Below the pieces are notes generated by a model. It was not told where the DNA came from, did no database searches, and was given only the letters and a program-made list of their open reading frames with translations. 64,000 nucleotides of DNA from Paragordius varius (lineage: Eukaryota > Animalia > Nematomorpha): assembly GCA_964247055.1 (NCBI GenBank), contig OZ176057.1, forward strand, positions 4,092,001-4,156,000. Reading direction: 5' to 3'. Positions 49,158 through 63,175 of the stretch are shown one piece after another (positions within the stretch are counted from its first letter, which is position 1; the number at the start of each line of letters is the position of its first letter). Made by a program: the position numbers and the translations under genes.

Positions 49158-49884
49158 TATATTATAAAAAAATTATTTGTTCCATATTGTTATTATTATT
49201 TAAGTTTCTGACTTATATATATACCAAAGAGCTGGTATATATAATAAAGGCTATGCATCTTTTTAATCCCTCAAAAAATTTGTATTTTTTAAAAAATTTC
49301 GCGATTTTTGTTGCATTTTCCTCACATGCTTCTCACTGTTTCATAAATACATTAATCCGCAATTTTCAAATGCGAATAGTGAAAAAACCAATAAAATTTC
49401 ATTATGAATTTCCCTTTACTTTGGATAAAAGTATATATATATATATTATTTAATAACATAATTAATAAATATTCAATTGCAAAATGAATAAAGACCTTTT
49501 CTGCTATATATATGGAAGGTATCATCGCCCTACAAATTTGATTAAATTAACTGAACAAATAATTACCTATTACAACATGTGCTGAGAAATTAGTTTATTA
49601 AAAGGAAATATGAGCCCACAGCAAGGTAATTATACTAATTCCGTTGGAGGGCTACAGACCAGAATGGAGAACGGTTCCATCAAACGCTCAAACATATAGA
49701 AAAAAACTATACAAGTTCCAATAGTTGGTGACTACTATTGGAATCATTTTATGTCTGACTATTATATTCATTGTGTATAAATAAATTTAAATTCATATAT
49801 GTATTTGAAGTGTTGTTGTTACTATCTTCAGATTTGAAGCTTATCGTATTATTTTCTTCAAGAAAGGCGATCGAGAGCATCATT

Positions 49885-50110
49885 AATGTTTATTTTATTA
49901 TTTGTTTGAGTGTATGGTAGCTTTTCCATGTTTGTGTGATTCTATCTATGATAGCCTCAGTTACGCCACCGTTGGCAGTAATAATGTGACCTAGTTGTTT
50001 GAATTGAACAACTGTTTTATAATCAAATTCATTGTGTATCGTATGGTTGGGAGTGTTAGAAGAGATGTTGCAGGAGCAATTGCAAACGAAGTTTGTATTT
50101 GACAATATCT
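49885..50110 (-). pseudogene. RTE-type LINE reverse transcriptase C-terminal fragment
   Basis: VVQFKQLGHIITANGGVTEAIIDRITQTWKSYHTLKQII resembles the post-RT V..FKYLG..I..NG.....I..RI..AW..F..L motif of RTE-clade LINEs; lies in the core of the foldback element. Confidence 0.65.
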
Positions 50111-51986
50111 AGATAAGACCGGAACATTTTTATTTTAAAATTTTGTAGAAACCTAATTGAATATTCCTATTGTAAAAGAATGCTAAAAATTATATCGAAT
50201 AAAATTAAATCCATTTATTATCAGTTTTTCAATATATATAATTGTAATAATTGTTTGATTTATAATTTGGCAATAGAGTTTCTGGAAGTAGATTATTTAC
50301 AAATGTCAGAATAATTTTGGTGCAAGGAAAATTCTATATTATGATCAAAAGGTCGTTAATTAAATTTATTATCTATAGATTAAATAATATATATATATAT
50401 ATATATATACTTTTATCCAAAGTAAAGGGAATTTCATAGCTTGAATTTTTTTTGGTTTTTTCAGTATTCGCATTTGAAAATTGCGGATTAATGTATTTAT
50501 GAAACAGTGGGAAGCATGTGAAGAAAATGCAACAGAAATCGCGAAAATTTTTTAAAAAATACAAATTTTTTGAGGGACTTAAAAAGATACATAGCCTTTA
50601 TTATATATAAACTCTTTGGTATGTTATATATAAGTCATAAACTTAAATAATAATAACAATATGGAGTTCTTACAAATAATTTTTTTATAATATATTTCGA
50701 CAATGTCATAAAATTTACGAATTTCTATTTTTGTGGATAAAAAAAATTATTGATACTTTAAAATAATTTTACGAATTTTTCTTAAGAATATATTAGGTTT
50801 TATATAATATATAAAAGTTTTATCATGTTTGCTCAATAAGTTTTAAAAATATGGACAAAAATCTATTTCTAGTCAAAAATGAAAAAATGGAATATTTCCA
50901 TTTTGGGGCGCATTTTTGCCCCAAAATTTTTGGGGTCTCCTTTTCCAAGGGATTTCTTATTTATTATAGATAAAAATCATGTTTGTTTATTTGTTTACCC
51001 CCCTTTTTTCGCACAGTGTAATAGATATGTTCGTATACATAGGTCTCAGTTAAAAATTTTCACCCTTAACTTCTATTTCAGACTTGAGAAGCAGTTTGAT
51101 CAGCTAATTGCTTGGTGCAATAATTTTTTAATAAAAATTAATCTCATTTTATACCTTTGTACTTATATATTTTCCTATTATATTATTATAACTTGTTTCA
51201 TTTATTATGCTCCACTATATTTCTTTCACTATACATTTGACAATTCATATTTAATTTGGTTGTATTATTATAATAATAATTTTGTGAATTATTTAATTAA
51301 AAGTCAGGAACCGAAATTGTAACCGGTTCTAATTCCACAGAACCGGTTCCAGAACCGCTTTTTATGGAATCAAGCGGTTCCGGTACCATTTGTTTAGGAA
51401 CCTCCCCGGTTCTGGTTCAAAAATTTCAGGAACCGTCCGGTTCTATTTTTAAATTCTTCAGAACCAACGCGGTTCCTGTTCCACTTGTTCAGGAACCGAC
51501 CCGGTCCCGGTTCTACTTTTTTTGAACCGGTTCCAAACCCTGGTTTAAGGGTGAATTTGAATTGTTCAAGGGTTTCGAGGTGTTTAAGGGTGAATTTGAA
51601 TTGTAAATGGTTTATATATACATATCCAAGGAGTGGTGCTCAACTGCTTTTTATGGCCCTAAATTATTTATTATATTTTTTGATGTACATTTTTTGAGTA
51701 TAAATATCTGCCAATATATCTAAGAGCTCAGAAATTTTTCATTGATATTATTAATTTACGGCTTTTGCGACAAGATAATTTTATTTGCTAAAATATTTTT
51801 TTCAAATATTTAGCCATTTAAATTGTTAAACATTTTTTACTGATTAAAATAAATTGTTTATAATATGTGCAACATTCACTCCAAATTTCGGATTCCGAAA
51901 GCTGGGGAGCTTCCCCATCCATAAAAAAGAAAACTACATTTTTGACCCAAAATTCCTTAAACTATGATATATATATATATATATAT

Positions 51987-52121
51987 CAGGGCTTCAAACC
52001 GGAATCACATAGAACAGGAAGGTTCCTAATATCTGTGCAGGAACCGTTGTTTGTTCTATATCCTCAGTAACCAGCCGGTTCCGGTTACCGAGGAACGTCG
52101 GATTTGGTTCCACCAAAGCCT
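51987..52121. mobile_element. Degenerate hAT MITE of the GGAACC family
   Basis: CAGGGCTTCAAACCGG left end after (TA)n; GGTTCC repeats; ...GGTTCCACCAAAGCC right end. Confidence 0.55.
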
Positions 52122-52212
52122 TCCGCACTTTTAATGCACATTATAATCTAGGATTAAAATGTGTTTAATGAAAAAAGGAATATTAGACATTTTTTTATTT
52201 TAAAAACAGTAT

Positions 52213-52243
<31 letters not shown>

Positions 52244-52474
52244 TAGAATATTCTAAAATCGTGTGTATATAATTAAATTTATCAAAATTTATAAAAAATT
52301 ATCATTTTTTACAACTATCATTTTCTATGGGTTAATCTATTCCCTTTGGTTATCATACTGATTCTCAATTTGAGACATTTATGGTTTTTAAAATATATAC
52401 TATTATGCCTAAAAAATTTGGCAAATATATTGCAAGAGTATTCTACTTAAATTATCCATAATGTTATTATTTAA

Positions 52475-54785
52475 ATGTTTATTAATGCCGAGATGGAAAT
52501 TCTAACGTTTACATTTTATCGATTCGCAACGCTTTTATTCTTTTTATGTAGAATGACAACTAATTCGAACATAATAAATGATATTAAATCTAAATCCCAC
52601 CAGCATTCACTTAAATTGCGTAGAGGCTTATTAGATTTTTTGAGGCCCAAATCAAGTTCACCATCTAGCCCAAAACCTCCATTATATTATGCCACATTAG
52701 TTAACTCCGGACTCCAGAATGGTGATAATGGTAGAAATTATTTGTCAAACATAATTCCTCCAGCACAACCTGGGATTAAAAATGAACTATATGACATAAC
52801 TGAGTTAGAAAACAATGCTCGGAAAAAGGCGAAAAGTCAACTCCTATTAGGGTCCTATAATGTAGATGGAAATTTTACCATTGACAAAAAGGGGTATGGT
52901 AAATGGTTGATTCCCAAAGAGATATCCAATAATGCTATAACTTCATTATCACCTTTTGGGAAGAATAATGAGCAGCCATTTTCTGGCCAAAAACGGTAAA
53001 TTGATATTTTTTATTAATTTAAAAATTAATTGAATGTTTAGATATGGATTGATATCGAATCCAGAAATACCTCTCGACTATTCTGATCTAGTGGCACACT
53101 CATCTAAACACCCTATACGAAAACAAGTCAGACCTCAAACACTCCTTTTTAATCTACAAAATAAAGATGAGGATTCAATACTTTACAGTGAAGATAATAT
53201 TCTTACTGGAGTAAAAGCATTTGAAACGAATCATAAACCAGCCGTCGAAAAAACAAACAGGAAGCAACCCATAATAAAAAAGTTGCGCCTTAAAAATATG
53301 TATATAACATTATAATTATATACATTTTTAATTTTTAATTATTTTATAGAAAAAAGGGTAGAAACAAACATAAACAATCTCATAAAAAAGGCAATTATAA
53401 AAAAAAACTGGCACATTTGCGCGAACCATTAAATGTTAATACATTTATTTACCCGAACGTTACAGTAATAGAACTATCGACTTTCGGTCAATATAACTTC
53501 TCTTTAAATATGCCGGTCACTCCATCAATAAAACCGACTCCTATCAAACACATCGGTAATATCAATTATTATTATTTTTTGAATGGAAACAATATAAATT
53601 CTTTGGAATCCCAAAGTCAGACAATACCCTTAAAAATTTCGCCAAGCATACAGCATGACAATGTAGCTGCTTTGACAAATTTGAATGACGCAGAAATACA
53701 CAATAAACTAGGTGACCGAGGAAGTCTCGTTGCACAATTCCTTATTCAATTGGGTCATTTACTACAGAATGAACTAAAAATTTTAAAATCAGAAAACATT
53801 TCAATTGTGTGGGAAACGGCCATAAATAACTTCCAAAAAGTCATAAATAACACTTCAGAAAATAACGAAACTTTTGGTAAATTCCAAAATAACACACATG
53901 CTGTAATTAATAAAGATGGAGCAAACAACTTAAACAATAACGTATTGATAGCTTGGTTATTGCAGGAGAATAAAGCTATGATAGAAGAATTGATTGGGCT
54001 CCAACGTTTTACTTATGGGAAAAATATGATAAGTAAACTTTATCGAAATTATGCGCGAAGATTGAAATGGAAACAACATTTAGAGAGGCTTGCGAGAAGA
54101 AAAACCAACATTATAAGAAAATTGGATTACTTAACAGCCATGAAAAATGCTTTGGATTATGTGGACGAAAATACATATCTATATGCAAACCAAAAAAATT
54201 TAACTAATAATATTAATCTTTTACCAGTTGACCCGAGCAAAATATTAAAGATAGAATCAAACAATATGTTCAACCGTATCTTGAACCCAGACACTCAGGC
54301 AATCAATGGCAAATTTATTCATGGTTTAAATCGTCTGCCAATATTGTATAAGGAACACAAAGCAGATATATATAATATTAAAAACACACTAAACAAAAAT
54401 TTTGATCAATTTAAATCTAATGAAGTATTAGTTAAAAGAGATACCAAATTGGTTAAAAGTCGACATCGATTGCTTACAAGGCGTGAAAAGGATATGGACG
54501 GACTCGATAATTATGATTCAGTAAACGATGGAAGAGATGCAAAACAGGATAGTATTACAGTCCCATTATTCCATCGTATGCAACAACAATTGGGTCGGAC
54601 CCAAAATACATGGAATGCTGATAGTGCTGCCATTTATGAACAAAATGCTAAAAATGGAGTAAACCTTGATGCTATTATCAAAAATTTTTTGGACACACAA
54701 AAACAGATTGAAACTATAAAAAGTGAACTTGAAAGCCTTCGAAACAAAAATAAAGGTACATATTCAATGCTAATACATACACATG

Positions 54786-54835
<50 letters not shown>

Positions 54836-57800
54836 TTTAAACATTTTAAATTTTATCCCTGTGTACAGTTTGTGTTAGTAAAATATTAAAAATAAGGTGT
54901 TAATTAGTTTTGTGTTAATATTTTTTAATATGTGTGGCATTTTATATTGGCAAAGTTGCCTCAATGGTGTATCATTAATTACATGTACATATTTATATAC
55001 AGTTACGGTAATTTCATCAATTACATCTTTACAATATGTCCTTTCTCGTATTCTCGTATATCTTTAATATATTTAACATCGCATATGGGCGCAATAAAAG
55101 CCTTGTGAAAAAATATAATTATACAAATCATTGTTTTGATTTTGCTTACTATTTTATGGAATCACCTAAAATTAGTTAGACTGAGAAATATTATAAAAAT
55201 TGGTAATCTAATATAATATTTATAATTATTTGTTTAAATGGGAGTTTTTCGAAAGATATATTTACGATTTTTTTGTTATTAAGATTTAATATGATGAATG
55301 TGCTGATATTTTCAGGAATTTGAGTTAAGTTTTAAATCAATTCTTTCACATTGTTAAAATGGCATCTTTCCTGTCTTTTTTGGCAAAGAAATTCTCAATT
55401 GGATTTAATTGGGCACTATAAGGATGCATACATAGTAAATTTGTTTTATATAGATTTCGCATGTGGGGCGTTATTTAATACAATATTATTATCCGATAAA
55501 ATCACTTTCCTATCATCTATAAGTAAACTGCCGAAAATAGCAGCATCATATTTTTTATTTTTCAAAATAACTAAACATAATTAAAAAGTTTCTCCTTTCT
55601 TAACACTTCGATATAATTTGGGGTATCTAAATACACCAGATAATATTCAAGTTGAAATTTTTAAAAACAACTGAAAAAGGTTCCAATTTAAATTAATGCT
55701 TCTATTCTATCATAAATTATATATATAAGTCAAAATATCTAGATAAAATTAGTTTTGGAAAAAGAGTTCGGGATCATACTACTGGACGCCATCTTTTTTA
55801 CAAAATCGCAAAATATCTCGTTTATTAAATAAACCTAAAATTAAATTTACTTTTTTATTAAAATCACATTTAACATTGATATAAACAGAAAAAGTGGTAT
55901 ATTTTGCATTATTTATAAATTTATTTTCACACATGTCATTTGGCTAAATATTTAGCTTTGGGTATCTCTGAATAAGTAATATCAAGTATTTTTAAATGAA
56001 TTTTTTAATTTATTTCGGTTACTCATATATAAGTGCAAACTTTTGCCATGGTTCAATTTATTCAATATTATGTAATTTTTTTAGCCTACTATTCCAATTT
56101 GAATCGAAGGACTGATAATGTGTTGTATCCATGTCCATACATTGATTAAAACATAACTATTTCACATTTAAGGGATTTTTATGAAATATAAAAAAAATAT
56201 ATCTAACCTAAAAAATTAATTATCGAAGTAGGCACAACACATTGTAATATTACAGTTCTGTAATGAGATATGTAGCGAGAGGGGACATATTGCAATGTTA
56301 TTATATCTCTATATATGTACCGAAAAGGGACATATATAGAGATATAAATATAAAGATATATGTAATTTTTGATACCCACAGAGGCAACTTTTAAAGATAA
56401 TAAAAAATGCCACACATATTAAAAAAAATTAACGGTATTTATTCTATAAATTACAGTATTGACTAAACTTTTAATCATAATTACCAACTAGGCTTCAAAA
56501 TATTAAAAAATTTGGAAAAAGTTTGGGTTTTATTTTTCAACAAAGATTACAAAGATCGGAAATGCGTCCGTTGGAAAATATAAATTTAACTTGTAGTGTT
56601 AATTAATGTCAAATTTATCGAATGTCCCAAATTATTTACATTTTAAAGTTGATGTCAGCAATATAGGTGATAGGCCAATATAAACCAAAATTTATGTATT
56701 TAAACGTATATTTTACTGTTTTTATGAAGTGTAATTGATAGTTACTTTGGAGTATGTACGGTTCAAGTCTATTATTTGAAAAAGATCAAAAAAGTCGAAG
56801 AATAAAAAGAAAAAGATATTTTTAGAATAATGAATCATTTTATAAATTTTAAAATTTTATGATCATTTATATTATTAAAATTAATGCTTAAAAAAAGTCT
56901 CTACATATAATAAAAGTTCAAGCCTTATACTTAATGTATATAAATGATAATCAGCTGTTTGAGTTTTTGTTTGGTATTTATTCGTTTGACAATCAAAATT
57001 ATTGGATTTCGGACTCATTCAAAAAGGTTGAGTCATCCAATCTAAACGGCCTCAGAAATTTCATATGCTATGATATATTGAATTACATTAAATAGGCAAA
57101 TTTTCAGAAACATAAATTCATACCCATATAATAATAAAATAATACATAAATAATGATATATATAGGGTTAATAATACTATTTATGATTGCGGTTGCAATA
57201 TATTTACAGCTAGTCATTAATGTTTATATAAAATGGTATACAGTGGGACGCAACAAAATATATAGTGCCGCATATAATATATTTATTGTCTCAAAGGCCA
57301 TGCACCATAAAATACCGAGACAAATATTGTCTGGCTGTTTGACACATATGCAATATTCAAAATAAGAAAAAATTAATTTAAAAATTTAGAGGTATAAAAA
57401 CAACTTTTAGCGCCGCGATTTTAATACCACTGATTTATAGATTGATTTTATATATGGTTTAGCTAAAATGAGCAAACAACAGCTTTCTGGTAGAGCCGAG
57501 GCCCTTAAAATGCCATCATCAATTTTATTGGACAAAAACGATAATGCTGATGACGGATCTTCACTAAAAATATTTAGGGACAATATTCTCTTGAAGGGTA
57601 AACTAATGGCATCTTCTTTGTACTCAAATTTTTCTGCCATTGTAACAACAGTATCCATGCAACCTATTTCATCTTTTCAGAATAAAAATATGGTTAATAT
57701 GTCGTCTCCAAATTTAAATAGCCCTAATTCAGCCCCAAACAATGGGAATGGAAAGGCAAGTAATCAAAGCGCTAAACCATACATACCTTCTAACCCAATG

Positions 57801-60800
57801 ACCAAAGATATGCGAATTTATACTTCGAATCACAACATTTTAAACTCCACAGTTACAACATCAAATAAATTGGATTACACAAATCAAACAAATAAAATTG
57901 TCTCAAACAATAAGAGCTTGACAAAATATTTTACACTCGTGACTAATTATGATAAAAACAATACCGGTAAAATAGATTACAATTTAACTCGTAAATATAG
58001 AATTTCCACAACTCCATCATCCTTCATAGCGGAAGTTGGACAAGATTTGTCGGATTTGTTTGCCGATTTGTCCCAGTATTTTAAGTCTCCAAACTTTACA
58101 GACCATCTTAAATTAAATGGGGTTAAAAGTTCTTTCTCCACCAACACATCGGTGTTAAACGTAACTAACCCAAATAAAACCCTTGAAAAATATCTAAAAA
58201 ATGTTTATTACAATGCAAAAAGTTATAAAACAAACCCATTTGTCAAAATGCGCAGGGCACAGGCTTTATTAAAATCTGCTATTTCTCATGGATTACATGC
58301 CTCCGATTCATTAGGGCTATTTTCTAATAAAAGTTTTCTCAAAAATTCTACCATAGAAAATAAAGTTAAATATACGTCGTTATATTCTAATGCACGGCCT
58401 CTTGAAAATTGGAATGACACAAAAGCACCATATAGTTTTAATAATTTGAATCCCAATTTTAATTTTACTACTCGCTCGATACAATATTCACCATACACTT
58501 TGTCTAACACACGCAAATCCATTTTATCCTTAACGCATAAAACATCTTCTCTTTCACTCTGTATTCAATTACCTTTATCTGTAGCCCGATTACTACAATC
58601 CGTCCCAAAAGAAAGATTTGCCAAGAATGTTTACATATCCCCTAACAATACTGCAAACTACAGTAGGGGTGATCCTAATTATCTGGAAAATATATACAAT
58701 AGTAAGGATTTTTTTGAAATGGAACCATTTTTGAGCCGAACAGATATTCGAAAGATATTGTATGCCCTTGCCATCTCCCAAATAGAAAACGAAGAGCCCG
58801 AAATAACCAAGTAATTTGATTTAAATTATCATATATTCGTTCAGAATTTTTTCACTTTGATCCTGTTATTAGTTTAGGATTACAATTATTTGGCTATAGT
58901 AGGAATGGTTTCAGATCTGTTACAGTATGATTTAATACACATTGCTAGTTTTTGATTATTACCAGCTGGCATATACCACAAAACGATTAATTTAGGTTAA
59001 TAGCAATAAAATGCGTAAAATTTTGAGACAATAATACTGTCTGTTTTATATTATCTGGCAATAATAAATAAAAATATGCTCTTGCATATTTGAATTTAAA
59101 TACAATTTACAAAAGAACATTACAGTAACGAAAGCTATTATTACGGTGGTTAGATTGAGTAAAAGAATTTTTAGCGTGTTTCTCAAGTATTAGGTTCTTT
59201 TTAAAATTTATAAAAGCGATAAATTTTGAATTTTTATGCATTAAACTTTATTATTTTTTGTTTAAGGCAAAAAAACATAACAGAGCAATATCAACAACTT
59301 AATATGAGGAAAAATGAATCACAAGCAAAAACATCTTTAAATGCTCAATATGTAATCCCAGCAGTTGATATGGGACATTTCATAGTTGCCCGACAAACTA
59401 AAACCAATATCTATGATAATTTTAACAATAATAATTTAAAATATGGACAATATGGCAATCTTTCTAATCTAACCATACCGAATTTGCGTAAGGCTAGCGC
59501 AAATTCCACTCTTGATGAAGGATTTCGATCAAAAGCGACCATTTTAGATGCCCCTATGTCCTCACTTGAAAATGATATTGTAATTATGAATCAAATTTTA
59601 TCTCCAAACCAAAGCACAGTAAGTGCCATCAAAATGTCAAATAAAAATATTGTAAGCGTAACGTCACCAGCGAAAACTAATCAAACCGTAATTGTAATTC
59701 TAAAGACAACGGCAAGTAAAATTGAAAAATCAACAGTTAGTACACCTAAAGTTCATTTTTGGCATATGAATAAAAATAGATTCAACAATGATTACAAGAA
59801 AAACCAAAAGGTAAAGAAAGAAATATACCGAAGGAATATACGACATATGCCTAAATATAAAAGATATGTGCCAGAAATAATCAAAGAAACAAAAAACCAC
59901 GCTAAAGACACCTGGTCAAATCAGCAGGGTAGTAAATTAGGGATGGAACCACCGGAAATATGCCTTAAATATGAAACTGTAGCCCACTACAAAGATTGCA
60001 TAGGAGACGATATTTTGGGTAAGATATTTGAAGCTAAATTGGCTGAAGATGCTGCCTTGCCAAAAGTTATGGAGAACGGGAGTAAATCGATTCCGAATGG
60101 TTCTATAAACAGTTTTAACACCAATAATAATTATATCACAATCGATGATTTGGTCAAGATTTTGGTCTGTTTCCTCAAACCGACAATTTTTTACTCTCCA
60201 AGAAAGGAAGAAGAAAAAACAGGTATGATTATTGAATATCCATACGTTTGTTAACCTTGTAAAAAATGGTGAATCCCCCAGAAAGTAATAATAAAGGGTT
60301 GGCTCTAAAAGTTTTGTACCGCAATTAGAATGATAATATTTTTTTTTCTAATCGCTAAGTATATTGGGTCTGCTTCAGGTCTAAATTTAATATAACTTTC
60401 CGTTATTATTTATATTTGAAATGGCTATCGTTTTTACATTAACCTTTTGTAAAAATTATGAGGTTTTTATTTGATAATATTTAATTAAAGGTGCATATGT
60501 ACCCAATATAAATGGCTCCTCAATATCTATGTTATTGAATACCATAAATACTACCATTTTGGCAAACACAAAAATTCCAATTAACAATACATTACCTATG
60601 CAACAAGTCCTACCACATCAAAAGATAATTAAACGACATATTGTTCATCCAAAACGCTTTGCGAAAAGGAGTTTAGTTGCTATCCAACATCATGAATATG
60701 GTCCTAATATCCAATTGAGGCCTGGTGAACATTCACAACAATTGGATGAACTTGAAGGAATTGCTATTCCCAAATCTAATGCACCGAATCTCACCCAATC

Positions 60801-60987
60801 TTTACTAAAGCAATTACAAAAAACTGCTAAAGAAAAATCAGAAAATGTTAGCAAGCCAATCCCTACCAATGATGATAATAATAAGCAGCAAACATTGAAG
60901 AAACAAAAAACAGCTATTCAAATGAAACGAATCCACGTTATGGCTCAAACATTTACCCCATCTCATTCGTCTCTTGTTGTCCCGTAA
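52475..60987 (+). CDS. Large orphan protein (~1661 aa), probably secreted, N/T/S/K-rich, with multiple dibasic sites
   Basis: Six exons 52475-52995, 53042-53299, 53350-54755, 57463-58810, 59267-60222, 60491-60987 join in frame through GT-AG introns of 46, 50, 2707, 456 and 268 nt (phases 2,2,1,2,1; 4986 nt). No recognisable domain. The start could instead be an acceptor at 52551 with further upstream exons. Confidence 0.8.
55604..56150. mobile_element. piggyBac-like MITE in the long intron of the orphan gene
   Basis: TTAA|CACTTCGAT start, homologous throughout to 19513-20081; right end degraded. Confidence 0.65.
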
Positions 60988-61455
60988 AACTATATAATCT
61001 ATTTTTTGTAAAAATATTAATATAATATAAACAACGACTAAGATTGATAAAATTCAAAGAAAAAGAACAAATAAAGTTTGTTATTGTTATGGCTTAAAGT
61101 AGATGGCTTGTAATTTAAGTTAGCCCTATATATAGATTCTCTTATTTATCACATTAGGGGCGACCTAGCTTGTTTTGCGAAGTAAATCGAAAAATTCGAC
61201 TTATTTGATGTTAGAATCTCAATATTTAAGAGTTAAGATAATTTTTAGACTATTAAACTTCAATCATATTAATATAAAATATTATAATTTTCGAAATTTA
61301 AAATACTTGAATGTAGTAATAAATTTAAATCTAATATTTTTGCCAAATTTTGACTCATATGCACCAATTTTATAATATGAATATTTATCTCAGGGGTGTC
61401 CAACACAAATGGCTTTAAGAGCCACCTTTTCGACCACAAAATTTCAAAGAGCCAC

Positions 61456-61486
<31 letters not shown>

Positions 61487-61829
61487 CAAGACATTGGTAA
61501 CAAATAAATTTATTATATTAACATATAGATAGATGTGTTAATTTTCATATCAAAAGGAAAATAAACAGTATAAATATAATTATGCGTTGCAAATTAAATT
61601 ATATCAATGCGTAAAAAAAGATAAAAATACATATATATGGTAAACTTATTGCATGATAGTATGACTAGAGTAGACTGTGGCGAATTTAATCGCCAAAATG
61701 TAACCTTTTTTTATCTAATAAAAAGAAAAGAAATAAATTTTTCATTGCATAATTAAATTATTAATGGGATATTTGTTTTGTAATTTTTTTATTAATTTAT
61801 TCATATTATATCAATATTTGATACAGCAC

Positions 61830-63175
61830 ATGTCAATTCATTCTCCAATTTTCAAAGAGATTTTGTGTATTTCATTTTAGAAAAAAAACTTCCACATAGA
61901 TAAGTGGACCCAAAAGCACAAATTAATCTTTGTGTAAAAATTTTTAAATTAGGAAATTTATTAAACGTTATATATTCTTTATAAAATTCAATTTTATTTG
62001 TTTGCCCAAATAATAATTTTAATTCATTATTGGATTGCAAATCTAGTAATTCCATTTGTAAATTAATAGGAGCGTTGATAGCTTCAACGTAGAACCAACA
62101 AAATAATTCAAATATTTTTCATATTTTGTCATATCCCCGTATCGATTATTAAAAGCTTTTGATAATATGTTAATTCGATCTGCATATTTTAAAAAATAGT
62201 TAGTTTTACCAGCTTTAAATCTATTCTTTGGAAAATGTTTAGCATTATTTATTTTTAAATGGCATTCAAATAACGTTAATTTTTTACAAAACGCTTTAAT
62301 ATGGTTATTCGCATCAACAATTAAATTATCTTGCTTTTGCAAGGATTTATTTAATTTTAGTTTTTCGGTAATATCTACGGAAAAACATAAATCTGACAAC
62401 CAATCTTCATTGGTTAATTCATTTACCAAATAATTATTTAATAAAAAATAAAAGCTTTTTAGACATTTCCCTCGACTAAGCCACCTTACATTTGAAAAAA
62501 TAAGATCTCCATATTCTGAACGAATTTTTTTTAATAACTCCATAAACTGCCTATGCTTCACTTTAATAACAACGGTCATAACATTGTCCATTGTCAGGGC
62601 ATGTGCGCATAGATTTTCATGAATCATGCAATGCATTATATATATATGGTCAATATTAATACCATCGGATTCCATCTTATTTAACAATAATTTCACGGTT
62701 CCCTTGTCCCATCATAGTTGGGGCACCATCTGTTGTCAAACAAGATAGCGCCCTCAATTTATTGTCCTTAATACATTTTAAAACTGCATGAAACATATCA
62801 TCTCCCTTAGTTGTATTTTTCATTGGAAGTAAGCCTAACATATCTTCTGTTATATTAAAAAATTCATCTATCCCTCGAATAAAGACTACCCATTGTGATA
62901 TGTTGCTTATATCTATGCTTTCATCAAATGACAAGGAAAACGCCACTAAATTTTGAAATCTTTTTTTAGGGAAAGTTGAATATCTTCTGCGATGTCTGCA
63001 ATTCGTCGACACATAGTATTGCGCGAAAGACTTATACTGGATATTAATTCAACTTTATTAGAAAACACATTTTATAATTTCCAGTACGCATTCCTTTACA
63101 AACTCACCATCAGAATAAGGCTTCATTTTTTTGGCGAGTAAATTGGCAACAATATAATTTGCCTTTACTATCGGA
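61830..63175 (-). pseudogene. Frameshifted hAT transposase
   Basis: KKMKPYSDGEFVKEC..ISLSRNTMCRRI, FSLSFDESIDISNISQWVVFIRG, LTTDGAPTMMG, HCMIHENLCA, VRWLSRGKCL, FGSTYLCGSFFSKMK spread over several frames. Confidence 0.9.

Larger units (their letters stand above)
35416..51018. mobile_element. CACAGTG-ended foldback element with ~600-bp arms; left arm split by the Helitron (level 3)
   Basis: 35416-35726 plus 49158-49452 together are the reverse complement of 50380-51018; CACAGTG at both ends; ~930-bp non-palindromic core. Confidence 0.88.
35010..51542. mobile_element. Non-autonomous hAT element (~930 bp when empty) carrying 15.6 kb of nested inserts (level 2)
   Basis: CAGGG...CCCTG termini, dense GGAACC/GGTTCC subterminal repeats at 35010-35225 and 51305-51542, perfect 8-bp TSD GTTTAAGG (35002-35009 and 51543-51550). 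Confidence 0.9.
34708..51610. mobile_element. Outer ~360-bp foldback MITE split by nested insertions (nest level 1)
   Basis: CCATTTACAGTTCAAATTCACCC (34708) and GGGTGAATTTGAATTGTAAATGG (to 51610) are inverted termini. Removing 35010-51550 restores an element like the uninterrupted copies at 9654 and 18836. Confidence 0.75.

Noticed and set aside
54756-54889. YIYIYVYIYIY low-complexity C-terminus of ORF 53417-54889
   Set aside because: It is intron read-through into a (TA)n microsatellite beyond the donor at 54756.
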